In this document: positions 18,757-28,661 of the stretch, piece after piece
How positions within the stretch are numbered: position 1 is the first letter of the stretch
How the letters are laid out: each line of letters starts with the position of its first letter
From: Thermodesulfobacteriaceae bacterium
GTDB taxonomy: Bacteria; Desulfobacterota; Thermodesulfobacteria; Thermodesulfobacteriales; Thermodesulfobacteriaceae
DNA length: 54,697 bases
Assembly (NCBI GenBank): GCA_015494725.1
Contig: WGAR01000003.1
Coordinates: 1 to 54,697, forward strand
Direction: 5' to 3'
Made by a program: the position numbers and the translations under genes
Notes under the pieces: generated by a model
Told to the model about the DNA's origin: nothing
Database searches by the model: none
What the model saw: only the letters and a program-made list of their open reading frames with translations

Positions 18757-20169
18757 TTATTGTCCTAAAAGAGTTTCTAAAATTTCCGGATTTTCTTCAT
18801 CCTCAGCCAGAATATTGTGGCAGAGGGTGCAATCCTGGGTAATAGTCTCGCCCTCGCTGTTCTCAAACTCTTCGTTGTGACAGCGCCAGCATCCGGTATG
18901 GGAGAGGAAATTGGGATAGGTGTTCCAGGAGATATTCATCTGCGGGAAGACGTTGCGCATGTAGGCGTCGGTAGCTCCCTGGATGGCCTGATTGATCTCC
19001 TGGGTCTTGTCCTTAAGGAGACGGGGGTAGTTTTTCTGATAGAAGGCCCGGATATACTGAGCGATTTTCACCCGGGCCTCTTTACGGGAGTGGTACTTCT
19101 GGGTGATGGCCTCGAGAGCCACCTTTTTAATATAGGGTAGATCGGTGGGGATACGCCCCTTTAGGAACTCCAGATCCAGGGCCTCTTCAGGAGAATAGAA
19201 GATGTGGGTGGGACGATTGTGGCAGTCTATACAGTCCATCCGGCGCACGCGGACCTCTTTGCCCTCGATCTTTTCTCCGGATCGTTTGAAAACGGTCTTA
19301 TGGCCGTTTTCTATCTTGGTGACCTCCACGATATGCTGGCGTTTTTCGTCCGTATATTTGTAAAAGATCTCCACGTCCGGAGAAACGTGCCAGTGGATAC
19401 CGTGGGGTTTTTTGGCCCACATACCACCGGTTCCTATCTTCATGAGAAGTACGGTATAGAGCCGGGTGTTCTTCTTATCCGGGGAATATTTTTCCTTGAT
19501 GACCAGTTTGTCCCCGATGAAGTATTCCGGACGGTGACATTCCTCGCAGGTCTCCCGGGCCGGACGGAGTTTGTGCAGGGGGGTGGGGATGGGACGCGGA
19601 TAGGTCTTGCTTACGTATTCCACCACCTCCTTTAAGCCGCTCAGCTTGGACTTCACGAACCAGCTGGCTCCGGGACCGATATGACATTCCACACACTTTA
19701 CATGGGCGTGGGGAGAGTAGGTGTAGGCGGTATATTCCGGGGTCATTACCCGATGACACAGTTTTCCGCAGAAGTTTACCGACTCGGTGTAGTGATAAGC
19801 ACTGTAAACAATGGCTCCCATGCAGACAAGCACAATGGTGAGGACCACCGAGGTGATAAAGGCCGTCTCCTTGAGGACCTTGGCCTTATCCGCCTTCTGG
19901 ACCAGATCGCTTATAACCTCTCTAGAAAAAAAGCCCTGCCTGGAGATAAAAATGCCTACACAGAAAAGGGCCAGACCAAAAATCATCAAAGGAAACAAAC
20001 CCAGATAGAAAAACTGCTGCCAGGCCGGCGATTCTACATGGTAAATATTATCTACAAAAGAGAAAATGGTTAGAGGAGGAACCGTCAATATAAGTATTAT
20101 AGTTCCGATAAAACAAAACTTATTTTGTCGAATAAAATTCTTAAAAAAAATCCACCCCTCTCTTAGCAT
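18757..20169 (-). CDS. Inner-membrane multiheme cytochrome c, NapC/NirT-related (ImcH-like)
   Basis: Three N-terminal TM segments; CGKLCH, CVECH, CEECH, CIDCH, CWRCH, CTLCH; FVKSKLSG and LRPARETC. Confidence 0.88.
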   Translation of the reverse strand: MLREGWIFFKNFIRQNKFCFIGTIILILTVPPLTIFSFVDNIYHVESPAWQQFFYLGLFPLMIFGLALFCVGIFISRQGFFSREVISDLVQKADKAKVLKETAFITSVVLTIVLVCMGAIVYSAYHYTESVNFCGKLCHRVMTPEYTAYTYSPHAHVKCVECHIGPGASWFVKSKLSGLKEVVEYVSKTYPRPIPTPLHKLRPARETCEECHRPEYFIGDKLVIKEKYSPDKKNTRLYTVLLMKIGTGGMWAKKPHGIHWHVSPDVEIFYKYTDEKRQHIVEVTKIENGHKTVFKRSGEKIEGKEVRVRRMDCIDCHNRPTHIFYSPEEALDLEFLKGRIPTDLPYIKKVALEAITQKYHSRKEARVKIAQYIRAFYQKNYPRLLKDKTQEINQAIQGATDAYMRNVFPQMNISWNTYPNFLSHTGCWRCHNEEFENSEGETITQDCTLCHNILAEDEENPEILETLLGQ

Positions 20170-20241
20170 TATTCTCCCTCCTTATCCAAATTTTTATAAA
20201 AATTTTATATTAAAGGGTAAAATGAAACTAAATAAAGAGCA

Positions 20242-20273
20242 TTTTAAAGGGGGGCTTGCGCCCCCCTTTAAAA
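20242..20273. terminator. Perfect 14-bp inverted repeat, probable terminator of the small membrane protein gene
   Basis: ttttaaaggggggc-ttgc-gcccccctttaaaa. Confidence 0.75.
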
Positions 20274-20305
20274 GGTGGTGAAGAGGTGGAAAAGTTAAAG
20301 TTTAA

Positions 20306-20485
20306 CTAAGCAGTGGCCGTGGCCACTCCCACCTCTTTCTCTTCCTTCGTAGAAGTATGCAGGGCCGTTCCCATGCGGGAAATAAAGGCCAGACCCGCGA
20401 TCGCCGGAATAATGGCAAACGGGCCCAGCACCATAAAAGCTACTAACCCAAGGACAACCAGGATCAACTCTTTTAACCCCTTCAT
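20306..20485 (-). CDS. 59-aa small membrane protein (below ORF-track cutoff)
   Basis: MKGLKELILVVLGLVAFMVLGPFAIIPAIAGLAFISRMGTALHTSTKEEKEVGVATATA*; AAGGAGG SD; own promoter and terminator. Confidence 0.8.
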   Translation of the reverse strand: MKGLKELILVVLGLVAFMVLGPFAIIPAIAGLAFISRMGTALHTSTKEEKEVGVATATA

Positions 20486-20515
20486 GACAACCTCCTTAAA
20501 CCTTTATTTACTTCT

Positions 20516-20544
20516 TTAATAACAAGCCCGAAGGGACTTGTCAA
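20516..20544 (-). promoter_or_regulatory. Putative strong sigma-70 promoter of the small protein gene
   Basis: TTGACA-17 nt-TATTAA with extended -10 TG; AT-rich upstream region. Confidence 0.65.
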
Positions 20545-20717
20545 TACCAAACCAAGACTTCCTTTAAATATGGAAATTGAAAATTCCAGTTTAAGGGAAA
20601 TATATCGACGACCAATAAATATGATTGGTAATATAAAAATCGGAAAAACAAAAGAAAATAAAAAGTAAAGCAGGGAACCTTTAATAAGCAAAATAAAAAG
20701 AAATGGGAGGCCACCTT

Positions 20718-21638
20718 TCATGGAATAAAGGATAAAACGGTGTGTTTATCTATCTGGTGAAAGATCCAAAGAGAAAATAAGACTGGAAAAATTATTACCA
20801 GAACGGATCCGGAGTAACGACGAAAAATTCGGGCAAAGGTCCACATGGACCAGCATTCCAGAGCGAAGGGAGGGAAGCCCAGATAGCCGGGAAGGGGCAT
20901 CTCGAAGAGTTTTACCCGCATAAGCCAGGCCCAGGGGAGGGTATAGACCCACTTGGTGCCGGCCCAGTAATTCCACGATTCCCAGAAAAGGCCGCAGAGC
21001 AGACCGGCGAGAAGCAGTAGGAACGGTCGCCGAAAAGACCCCTCCTCCAGATCGTAAAGCAGGGAATCCTCTCGAGCCAGGAGATAATTGATCGGCTCCA
21101 GGAGCAAAAAGGCCCATACCCAGACCAGAGAAAAAAAGTAGTGGGGATAGGCCACCGGCAGGATCAGAGTCAGAATACCCAGGAGGGTGAGCAGGGGAAA
21201 GGTTCGGGCGGGATCACCTAAGGGCCTGAGGGAATATCGGCCCGGAAGCACCCTTTCCAGTAGATCGTAGGTCTCAAAGATACCGGGAAGAACGGTGGCA
21301 AAGGCCAGAGTATATCCTAACCAGCGCAAAAATATGGACGATGGAACATTGATATAGGACCAATTCTTAAGAAAAAGGTTGAACCACTCAAAGATGAGCC
21401 AGAAGAAGACCGAGGTGGCGCATAGGGCGGCAAACCCTCGCGGGGAAGAGGTAAGGCGGGATGTTCCCCGGAGTTTGAGGTTGAGCCAGTCGGCAAAAAG
21501 GATGTAGCTCCACCAGGCGAAAAGATAGAACCAGGTCTTCAGGAAGGGGCAGCCCTGGAGGAGCCCCCACCAGGCTCCCGCAAAGACCAGGACCGCTCCG
21601 GGGCCATAGATACGCTTGAGGAACCCTGTCATGCCCAT
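20718..21638 (-). CDS. Hypothetical Trp-rich integral membrane protein
   Basis: Many hydrophobic segments; internally repeated WLIFEWFN..L.NWSY / LFWESWNYWAGTKWVY motif. Confidence 0.75.
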   Translation of the reverse strand: MGMTGFLKRIYGPGAVLVFAGAWWGLLQGCPFLKTWFYLFAWWSYILFADWLNLKLRGTSRLTSSPRGFAALCATSVFFWLIFEWFNLFLKNWSYINVPSSIFLRWLGYTLAFATVLPGIFETYDLLERVLPGRYSLRPLGDPARTFPLLTLLGILTLILPVAYPHYFFSLVWVWAFLLLEPINYLLAREDSLLYDLEEGSFRRPFLLLLAGLLCGLFWESWNYWAGTKWVYTLPWAWLMRVKLFEMPLPGYLGFPPFALECWSMWTFARIFRRYSGSVLVIIFPVLFSLWIFHQIDKHTVLSFIP

Positions 21639-21798
21639 TTTCTAAGTCTAAAGGTCCGGCGACGGGGAGACAAGCCGAGGGATCTTTATTTTACATAATA
21701 TCCATTATCGGACATAAGTAACGGGGCTATCCCTAAAGTAACAAAACTTTCCTCCTTAAGGATTGACTCGGGCTTAAAAATATTCTAATAAAAAATTA

Positions 21799-22887
21799 AT
21801 GCCCTTGAAATTTCTGTTTCTCTTTCTCCTGGTGGGTATCGTGCTCTATTTTTTCTACCGTCGCTTTGCGACCGGAGTTACCGTTTCCACCGAATCCACC
21901 GAAAATCGGTCCGAGACCCTTACCGATTACTCCTCCCTCCCGGGCCAGGAGTCCGGAACAGCCCCTGTATCCCCGCGGGAGGTCATCTCTTACGACCTCA
22001 CTCGCTACTCCTGGGGCGCGGCCCCGGCCCAGGCGGAGGCAGAAAAAATCCTCCGGGATTTCCTTAAAGACGTTCCGCCTCCCCGAACCATCTCCCCCAG
22101 GCTGGAAGAACTCCTCAGCAATCCGGAATCCAACGTCCAGGAGATCGCCCGGATGGTCTCGCTGGACCCTCTTCTTACCGCGCAGATCCTTAAGGTGGCC
22201 AACTCGGCCTATTTCCGCCCCTCCGGAGCCCCCCGGATCAATTCTGTTCACCGGGCTATTATCCTCCTGGGATACAATTATCTGCGCGTACTGCTACTGG
22301 AATACTTCTTCCGCAGGACCCTGGAAAAATGCACCTCTCTTCCTCCGCAGGAATTCTTAAAAATCTGGAAGCATTCCATCGAGGTATCCGCCATTTTGGG
22401 AAGCATCGCCCTTGCCCGCCGCTACGATGTAGGAGTCTATACCACCGCGGGTATCCTTCACGATATAGGAAAATTCTTCCTCCCTCTCTTTCCGTCCTCG
22501 CAGGAGTTTTCTTTCAGCCAGGGAGAGGAAGACCTGCCTCCCCTCAAGGAGGAGGAAATCCGTTACGGATTCGGCCATACTCTTCTCGGCAAACTGGTCG
22601 TTAAGACCTGGGATCTTCCCCCGGAGATAGAGGCCGCGGTGGGCTATCATCATCCGGTATCCAGGCTCGAGTTCCTGGATCTCCCTCCAGAGAGCCGAAA
22701 GATAGCCGCCTGGGTAACCCTGGCCGATCACCTGGCCCATCTCTACGGACGCTTCGGCGGAGACTATGTCTATGAGGTTCCCGGGTGGGTATATACCTTC
22801 CTGGGCCTCAAGTCTCCGGAAGGCCTAATCACCCGGGAACTCCTCTGGGGCCTTAAAAGGGCCTCCTCCCTGGCCGAGGCCCTTTAG
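21799..22887 (+). CDS. Membrane-anchored HDOD domain protein
   Basis: N-terminal TM; DPLLTAQILKVANSAYF, AIILLG, WKHS, GILHDIGK, W.LP..I..AV.YHH. Confidence 0.9.
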   Translation: MPLKFLFLFLLVGIVLYFFYRRFATGVTVSTESTENRSETLTDYSSLPGQESGTAPVSPREVISYDLTRYSWGAAPAQAEAEKILRDFLKDVPPPRTISPRLEELLSNPESNVQEIARMVSLDPLLTAQILKVANSAYFRPSGAPRINSVHRAIILLGYNYLRVLLLEYFFRRTLEKCTSLPPQEFLKIWKHSIEVSAILGSIALARRYDVGVYTTAGILHDIGKFFLPLFPSSQEFSFSQGEEDLPPLKEEEIRYGFGHTLLGKLVVKTWDLPPEIEAAVGYHHPVSRLEFLDLPPESRKIAAWVTLADHLAHLYGRFGGDYVYEVPGWVYTFLGLKSPEGLITRELLWGLKRASSLAEAL

Positions 22888-25800
22888 GAGAGCTTCTCCA
22901 GTCTTACCGCCGCCACCTTATACTCCGGAGTGTGTACCTTCACGTCCATTCCCGCACTGGTGATCGTATTGGTCAGGGGATCCAGGAAATGAAAATCCAT
23001 AAAGAGGGTTCCCACCGGCACCCGGGAGGTTACATGGACCCGGGCCACGATCTCTCCCCTGCGGCTGACGATCCGGACCTGATCCCGCTCCCTGAGTCTG
23101 AGACGTCGGGCATCCCGGGGATTCATCTCTACCAGCTCCTCCGGCAGAAGTTCCATCAGCCCTTCCACCCTTCGGGTCATGGAACCGCAGTTGTAGTGAA
23201 ATAGCCTGCGGCCGGTGATGAGAAGGAAAGGATAAACCTCGTCCGGTTCCTCCTCCGGAGGCCAGTACCGGGGGATGGCAAAACGGGCCTTGCCGGTGGG
23301 GGTGGCAAAATTCTGTTCGAACATGATCCCGGTTCCGGGATGATCCTCGTGAGGCACCGGCCAGCAGAGTCCCTGCTCCTCCAGACGCTCGTAGGTGATC
23401 CCGGCAAAGGTCGGCATAAGACGGCGCATCTCCTCGAAGATGTCCCTCGGCGAACGGTAGCTCATGGAATAACCCATGCGTTTGGCTATCTCCACCAGGA
23501 TTTCCCAATCCGAGGGCAGATCCGCCGGGGGATCCACCAGTTTGCGAATCCTCTGAACCCGTCTCTCACCGTTGTCCGTGGTCCCCTCTTTCTCGAACAG
23601 GCAGGCCACCGGAAAAACCACATGGGCGAACTCTCCGGTCTTGGGAAAGAAGATGTCGTGAACCACCACCAGATCCAGGTTGATCAGGGCCTGGTGTACC
23701 ATCTTGAGATTGGCGTGGGTCTGGGCCACGTCGTAGCCCACGATGTAAAGAGCCCGCAGGTTTCCGGAAAGGGCTTCCTGATACATCCGGGGTTCGGTGA
23801 GCCCCGATCTCTGGGGAAGGGGGCGTCCCCAGACTTCCTCAAACTTCTTGCGCACCAGAGGGTCTTCTATCTTCTGATAGCCCGGAAGAACATAGGGAAG
23901 GGCCCCCATGTCGCAGGCCCCCTGGACGTTGTTCTGTCCTCGCAGGGGCATGGCCCCGGTCCCCGGACGCCCCACGTGCCCGCAGAGGAGGGCCAGATTG
24001 GCCAGGGCCATTACCCCGTAACTTCCACTGCGGTGTTCAGCCACCCCCAGCCCCCAGAAGATGAGGGCCCTTTCGGCCCGGGCATAAAGTCGGGCCACCT
24101 GTTCGATATAATCCTTGCGAATTCCCGTGATCCTCTCCACCCGTTCCAGAGGCCATTCGGTGAGGATATAGCGGGCGTAAGCCTCGAAATCCTCGGTGCG
24201 TTCCCGAATAAACTCCTCCCGGTAAAGGCCGTCTCGAAGGATCACATGGGCTATACCGTTGGCCAGGGCCACGTTGGACCCCGGACGCAGCGGAAGCCAC
24301 AGGTCCGCAAGCGAGGCCAGTTCCGTCTTCCGGGGATCCACCACCACCAGCTTGAGCCCCCGGGAGAGGGCGTCTTTTATCTTGTAGGACACTATGGGAT
24401 GGGCCTCCGAGGGATTGGCTCCCCATAAGATCAGAAGATCGGTTCGATATACCTCGTCGAAGGTTCCTGTGGCCGCGCCGGATCCGAAGGTGGCCGCGAG
24501 ACCCGCGACCGAAGGAGCATGTCAGACGCGGGCTGGGTTATCCACGTTATGGGTCCCGATCACCGCCCGGGCGAATTTCTGAGCGATAAAGGTCTCCTCG
24601 TTGGTGGTTCGGGCCGAACACAGGACCCCGATGCTATCCGGACCGTAACGCTCCCGGATCTCCAGAAGTCTTTCCGCTACAAATTCAAAGGCTTCCTCCC
24701 AGGAGACCTCCCGGAAAGGCTGCCCCCGGTCCCTTCGAAGCAGGGGCTTTTTCAACCGATCCGGATGACGGTAACAGGTGTAACCGAAACGTCCCTTTAC
24801 ACACAAACGCCCGTAATTGGGGGGCACTGGCGCCCCGGTTACCTCCAGGATGGTTCCGTTCTTGACCCTGGCCAGGAGGTTGCAACCGGTACCGCAATAG
24901 GGACACACCGTGCGTATCTCCCGTACCTCATTCCGGGAAAAGGGCACCGTGGAGTCCTTGCGGGTCAGAGCCCCGGTGGGACAGGCATCCACACAGGCCC
25001 CACAGGAGACGCAGTGCTCGGTAAAATTAAAGTGTATTTCTTCCTCCGGAGTCCCCTGGGCGTAAATCTTCAATTCCAGCCCTTCGTGCTGACAGCTTCG
25101 CACACACCGGAAACATCCCACGCATTTGTTGGGATCCACCTCTATAAAGGGATGTTCGGTCTGGAGGGTATATTTGGCCCGCACCCTTCCCCGGGCCGGT
25201 ACATTTTCGCGTATCAGGATCTCCCTGAAGGTACATTTATGAAACCCCAGACACCCGCATTTAAGACACCTTTCGGCCTCCCTGCGGGCGGCCTCCTCCG
25301 AAAGGGTCCCCACCACCTCCTGGAAATCCTCCTTGCGTTCCTGGGCCGGACGTTCCGCCGGTTTTTCGCGGGGAACCTGCGGGAACTGGGCGTAAAACTC
25401 CAGATCCATGTCTTCAGGGCGTCTCCCCCGGTTGAAATCGAACTTGACCGTGGGAAGGGACTTTTCCTTTTTGATTCCCATAAGATAGGCATGGATGGCT
25501 TCGGCGGCCTTTCTTCCGGAGGCCACCGCCTGGATCACGGTCTTGGGGCCGGAAACAAAATCTCCCCCGGCGAAGATTCCGGGGATATTGGTGGCCAGGG
25601 TATTGCTTTGAACCTTGAGTTGTCCGGTGGGGGTAACCGCCAGCCGGGCTTCCAGTTCCCCGAAGGTCCTGAATTCGGTAAAGGATTCCTCACCCCAGGC
25701 CCGAACCACCCAGTCAAAGTTCCTTATCTCCCTGGTGTCCTCAAGGGGCATGATGCGCCGGGCCTTGGTCTTGGGATCGGGTTCGGAAAGCACGGTTCGA

Positions 25801-26984
25801 GCGATCTCCACCCGGAAGGCCTGGCCATTGCGCTCGATACGCAGAGGGATGGCCATGAGGAAGAGCTTTACCCCTTCGGCCTCGGCGGCGCGAATCTCCC
25901 TCTGGGGGGCCGGCATTTCCACCCGGGAACGGGGATAGATGAGAGTGACCTCGGCCCCCAGCCGCACCAGGGAACGGGCCGTATCCACCGCCGTGTAGCC
26001 TCCTCCCATGACCAGAATCTGCTGGCCCTTGCGGATGGGGATCTCCTCTCCCTTTTTCAGGCGATAGAGAAGGTCCAGACCGGAAAGACTGTTCTCTTCT
26101 CCCGGGATCTGGTGTTCCCTCTCCTTGAAGGCTCCCACCGCCAGGAACACGGCCTGATATCCCTCGGCCAGAAGATCCTTAAGGGTGAAATCCCTGCCCC
26201 AGGCCTGACCGGTGCGCAGCTCTATGCCCAGGGAAAGCAGTTGTTCGATCTCCCGGCGCAGGACCTCCCGGGGGATCTTGAACTCCGGAAGGACCCAGCG
26301 GGGCATCCCTCCGGCCTCGGATTCCTTTTCCAGGATGGTTACCTGGTGACCCTTAAGCCGGAGATAATAGGCTGCGGTGAGTCCGGCCGGCCCGGCCCCC
26401 ACGATGGCCACCCTTTTTCCGGTGGGAGGAGCCATCTCCACCCGGATGCCGCCACGCTCAAGGCCCCAGTCGGCCACAAACCGCTTGAGGTCGTTTATGG
26501 CCACCGGGGCATCCACCAGGGCCCGCCGACAGCGAGGTTCACAGAAACGGGGACATACCCTTCCCACCAGGGCCGGCAGAGGCAACCTCTCCTTGATCAG
26601 GGAAAGGGCCGCCGCATATTCCCCCCGGGCGATAAGAGCCACATACCCCTGAATGTTTAATCCTCCCGGGCAGGGTTGGCTGCACGGAGCCCGGCAGTCT
26701 CCGTAATGATTGGCTACCAGGGTTTCCAGAATCCTGCGTCGGGCCTCCTTGACCGGATCCGAATCGGTCCAGACCCGCCACCCCTCCCTTACCGGCGTGG
26801 TACAGGCCCGAACCAGCCCCTCCCCCTCGACCTCCACCGTACAGAGACCGCACGGAACCGGGGAGGTCTCGGCTCCGTGCAAATGGCACAGAGAGGGAAT
26901 CTCTATTCCCGCTCTCTCCGCGGCTTCCAGTAGCGTTTCCCCTTCCCTCGCCTCATACTCCTTTCCGTTCAGATAGATCTTCAT
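22884..26984 (-). CDS. fdhF: Selenocysteine-containing Mo/W-bisPGD formate dehydrogenase fused to a [2Fe-2S] domain and a GltD-like FAD/NAD(P)H module (1366 aa, Sec821)
   Basis: ORFs 24522-26984 and 22884-24392 are in frame; UGA 24524-24522 reads ARV-U-HAPSVAGL; CPYCGTGC, LRGQNNVQG, GAGPAG, multiple Fe-S motifs. Confidence 0.93.
24492..24510 (-). promoter_or_regulatory. SECIS-like hairpin of fdh
   Basis: GGUCGCG-GGUCU-CGCGGCC starting 11 nt after UGA, the same geometry as the E. coli fdhF SECIS. Confidence 0.85.
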
Positions 26985-27052
26985 TCCCTGCCCCCTGCCT
27001 GAGGATGTTTTGGGGAAGTCCGGGGGAGGGGCTCCCCCGGAGGCCTCGTAGA

Positions 27053-27949
27053 TTAAAGTTCCAGCCAGGATTCGGAAAAGATGGTCTTCCCTAAGAGGAC
27101 CCGGGTGGTCTTGTAGATTTCAAGCTCTTTGGGAGAAAGGGTCTTGGGATCGGGTTCGTCTCCGTCCATGATGTCGTGGACCAGTTTTACCCAGTCGGGA
27201 TGTTTGCCCTTGGCTATCTCTACCAGCTCCTGATCATAAACATCCAGAATGGCCGAATGGATCCCGTATTTCATGAGCATCATGAGATAGACCCGATTCA
27301 GATAAGGGCGCAGATGGGTGGCCACCCCGTTAGATACATTGGAAAGCCCCACCGTGCTCTTGGCGCCGGGAGCAATGTCCTGAAGCATGGAAAGAAACTC
27401 CAGCCCCGAAAGGATCTGTTCCGCGCCCAGGGTAATGGGAGTGGCGATGGGATCCACCCAGATCTTTTCGTTGGGAATACCGGCCTCGTTAAGCTTCATG
27501 ATCAGATCCACCGCCAGCGCCGCCCGTTCATTGGCATCCCTGGGCATTCCCTCCGGCCCCCAGAGGAGGGCTATCACCTCGCAACCCAGTTCCGCCGCCA
27601 CCGGGATGAGCTTCTCCATACGCTCGGGCTGAGCGGAGATGGAGTTCATGAGACACCGGGCCGGGTTTTTGGAGGCCTTAAGCCCCGCGGTCATGGCCTC
27701 GGGATTGGTGGTATCCAGAGAGATGGGTACATCCACCGTCTCCTCCACCACCTTTACGATCCAGGCCGCAAGATCCGGCCCGTCTTTTTTGGCCGGACCA
27801 ATGTTGAGATCCAGATAATCCGCTCCCCTCTCCGCCTCCTCCCGGGCCATCTGCTTAATGGGCTCGGGATTCCTCTCCTTCATGGCCGGACCGATACGTT
27901 TGGACATGATGTTGATGCTCTCGGCAATACACAGGACCTGCTGGCTCAT
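27053..27949 (-). CDS. acsE: Methyl-THF:corrinoid/Fe-S protein methyltransferase
   Basis: Pterin-binding TIM barrel: IAESIN, YLDLNIG, ISLDT, MNSIS, WVDP, GLSNVS; position in acs operon. Confidence 0.92.
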   Translation of the reverse strand: MSQQVLCIAESINIMSKRIGPAMKERNPEPIKQMAREEAERGADYLDLNIGPAKKDGPDLAAWIVKVVEETVDVPISLDTTNPEAMTAGLKASKNPARCLMNSISAQPERMEKLIPVAAELGCEVIALLWGPEGMPRDANERAALAVDLIMKLNEAGIPNEKIWVDPIATPITLGAEQILSGLEFLSMLQDIAPGAKSTVGLSNVSNGVATHLRPYLNRVYLMMLMKYGIHSAILDVYDQELVEIAKGKHPDWVKLVHDIMDGDEPDPKTLSPKELEIYKTTRVLLGKTIFSESWLEL

Positions 27950-28383
27950 GCCTCCCTCCTTAAAAAGTTTTTATTTAACCTTTGTAGGATCCTTTCCATG
28001 AGCTCGGCATAACCCTTAAGGCGAGGATACAGGCGTTGAGCCGTCTCCTCCCGATAGGTGTGCGAGGTAAGGTTTCGGCTCCGGAGCATCTCCAGACAGG
28101 CCTCGGTTTCCTCCGGAGAAAGGACCCCGGTCTTAAGGGCCTCCCGAAAGCAGTTTGCCGGTGAAAAACACTCCACTATTTCCCTCTCCCGTAAATAGTC
28201 CTTAAGGGTCTTCCAGAAGATTTCAAAAGTATATTCAAAACGTTGAATGGAGGCATCCCGTACGATAACATATTCCTCACTTAAGGGATCCACCCTGCGC
28301 TCCAGAATCTCTCGCAGACTTTCATAGGCCCGCCAGGCCAGATCCCACCTTTCGCGAAATCGGCTCCTTTCCTTCAGAGCCAC
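27946..28383 (-). CDS. HEPN ribonuclease toxin (HI0074-like nucleotidyltransferase substrate-binding family)
   Basis: DASIQRFEYTFE..WK and RNLTSHTY (RX4HXY). Confidence 0.88.
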   Translation of the reverse strand: MALKERSRFRERWDLAWRAYESLREILERRVDPLSEEYVIVRDASIQRFEYTFEIFWKTLKDYLREREIVECFSPANCFREALKTGVLSPEETEACLEMLRSRNLTSHTYREETAQRLYPRLKGYAELMERILQRLNKNFLRREA

Positions 28384-28661
28384 CTTTCCCCTTCTTTTTG
28401 AATCTTTTCCCGGAGCCCCTCCGGGAGTTCTTCCCAGCCTACTACGTCCACCTCGAAGGGGAAAGTGCTCTCCTCAAGAAATTCCGCCAGCCTTCTGATG
28501 CTTTTTTCCTCTCCTTTCACCGCCAGATCGAAATCCGAAGCCACTCCCGCTCCGCCCCACAGACGGGACCCAAAAAGATAGACCTCTTTTATTCCCTCCT
28601 CCTTTTTTACAAAATCCCCTATCAGACCGCGCAGTTTTTCCTTCCAGGGGTCCTCCTTCAA
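28374..28661 (-). CDS. Minimal nucleotidyltransferase (MNT) antitoxin
   Basis: LFGS-RLWGGAGVAS-DFD (GSX10DXD), VDVV; start uncertain (TTG 28661 overlapping acsC stop, or GTG 28673). Confidence 0.85.
   Translation of the reverse strand: MKEDPWKEKLRGLIGDFVKKEEGIKEVYLFGSRLWGGAGVASDFDLAVKGEEKSIRRLAEFLEESTFPFEVDVVGWEELPEGLREKIQKEGERWL

Noticed and set aside
20188-20205. 18-bp palindrome aaatttttataaaaattt upstream of the cytochrome gene
   Set aside because: Pure A/T low-complexity sequence in an AT-rich region; could be an operator but is easily chance
20482-20721. 79-aa minus-strand ORF and the plus-strand ORF 20313-20519
   Set aside because: The first runs through the AT-rich promoter region of the 59-aa gene without a convincing SD; the second is the antisense of that gene
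27053-27949. acsE as dihydropteroate synthase folP
   Set aside because: Same fold, but the motifs and acs-operon context indicate the methyltransferase
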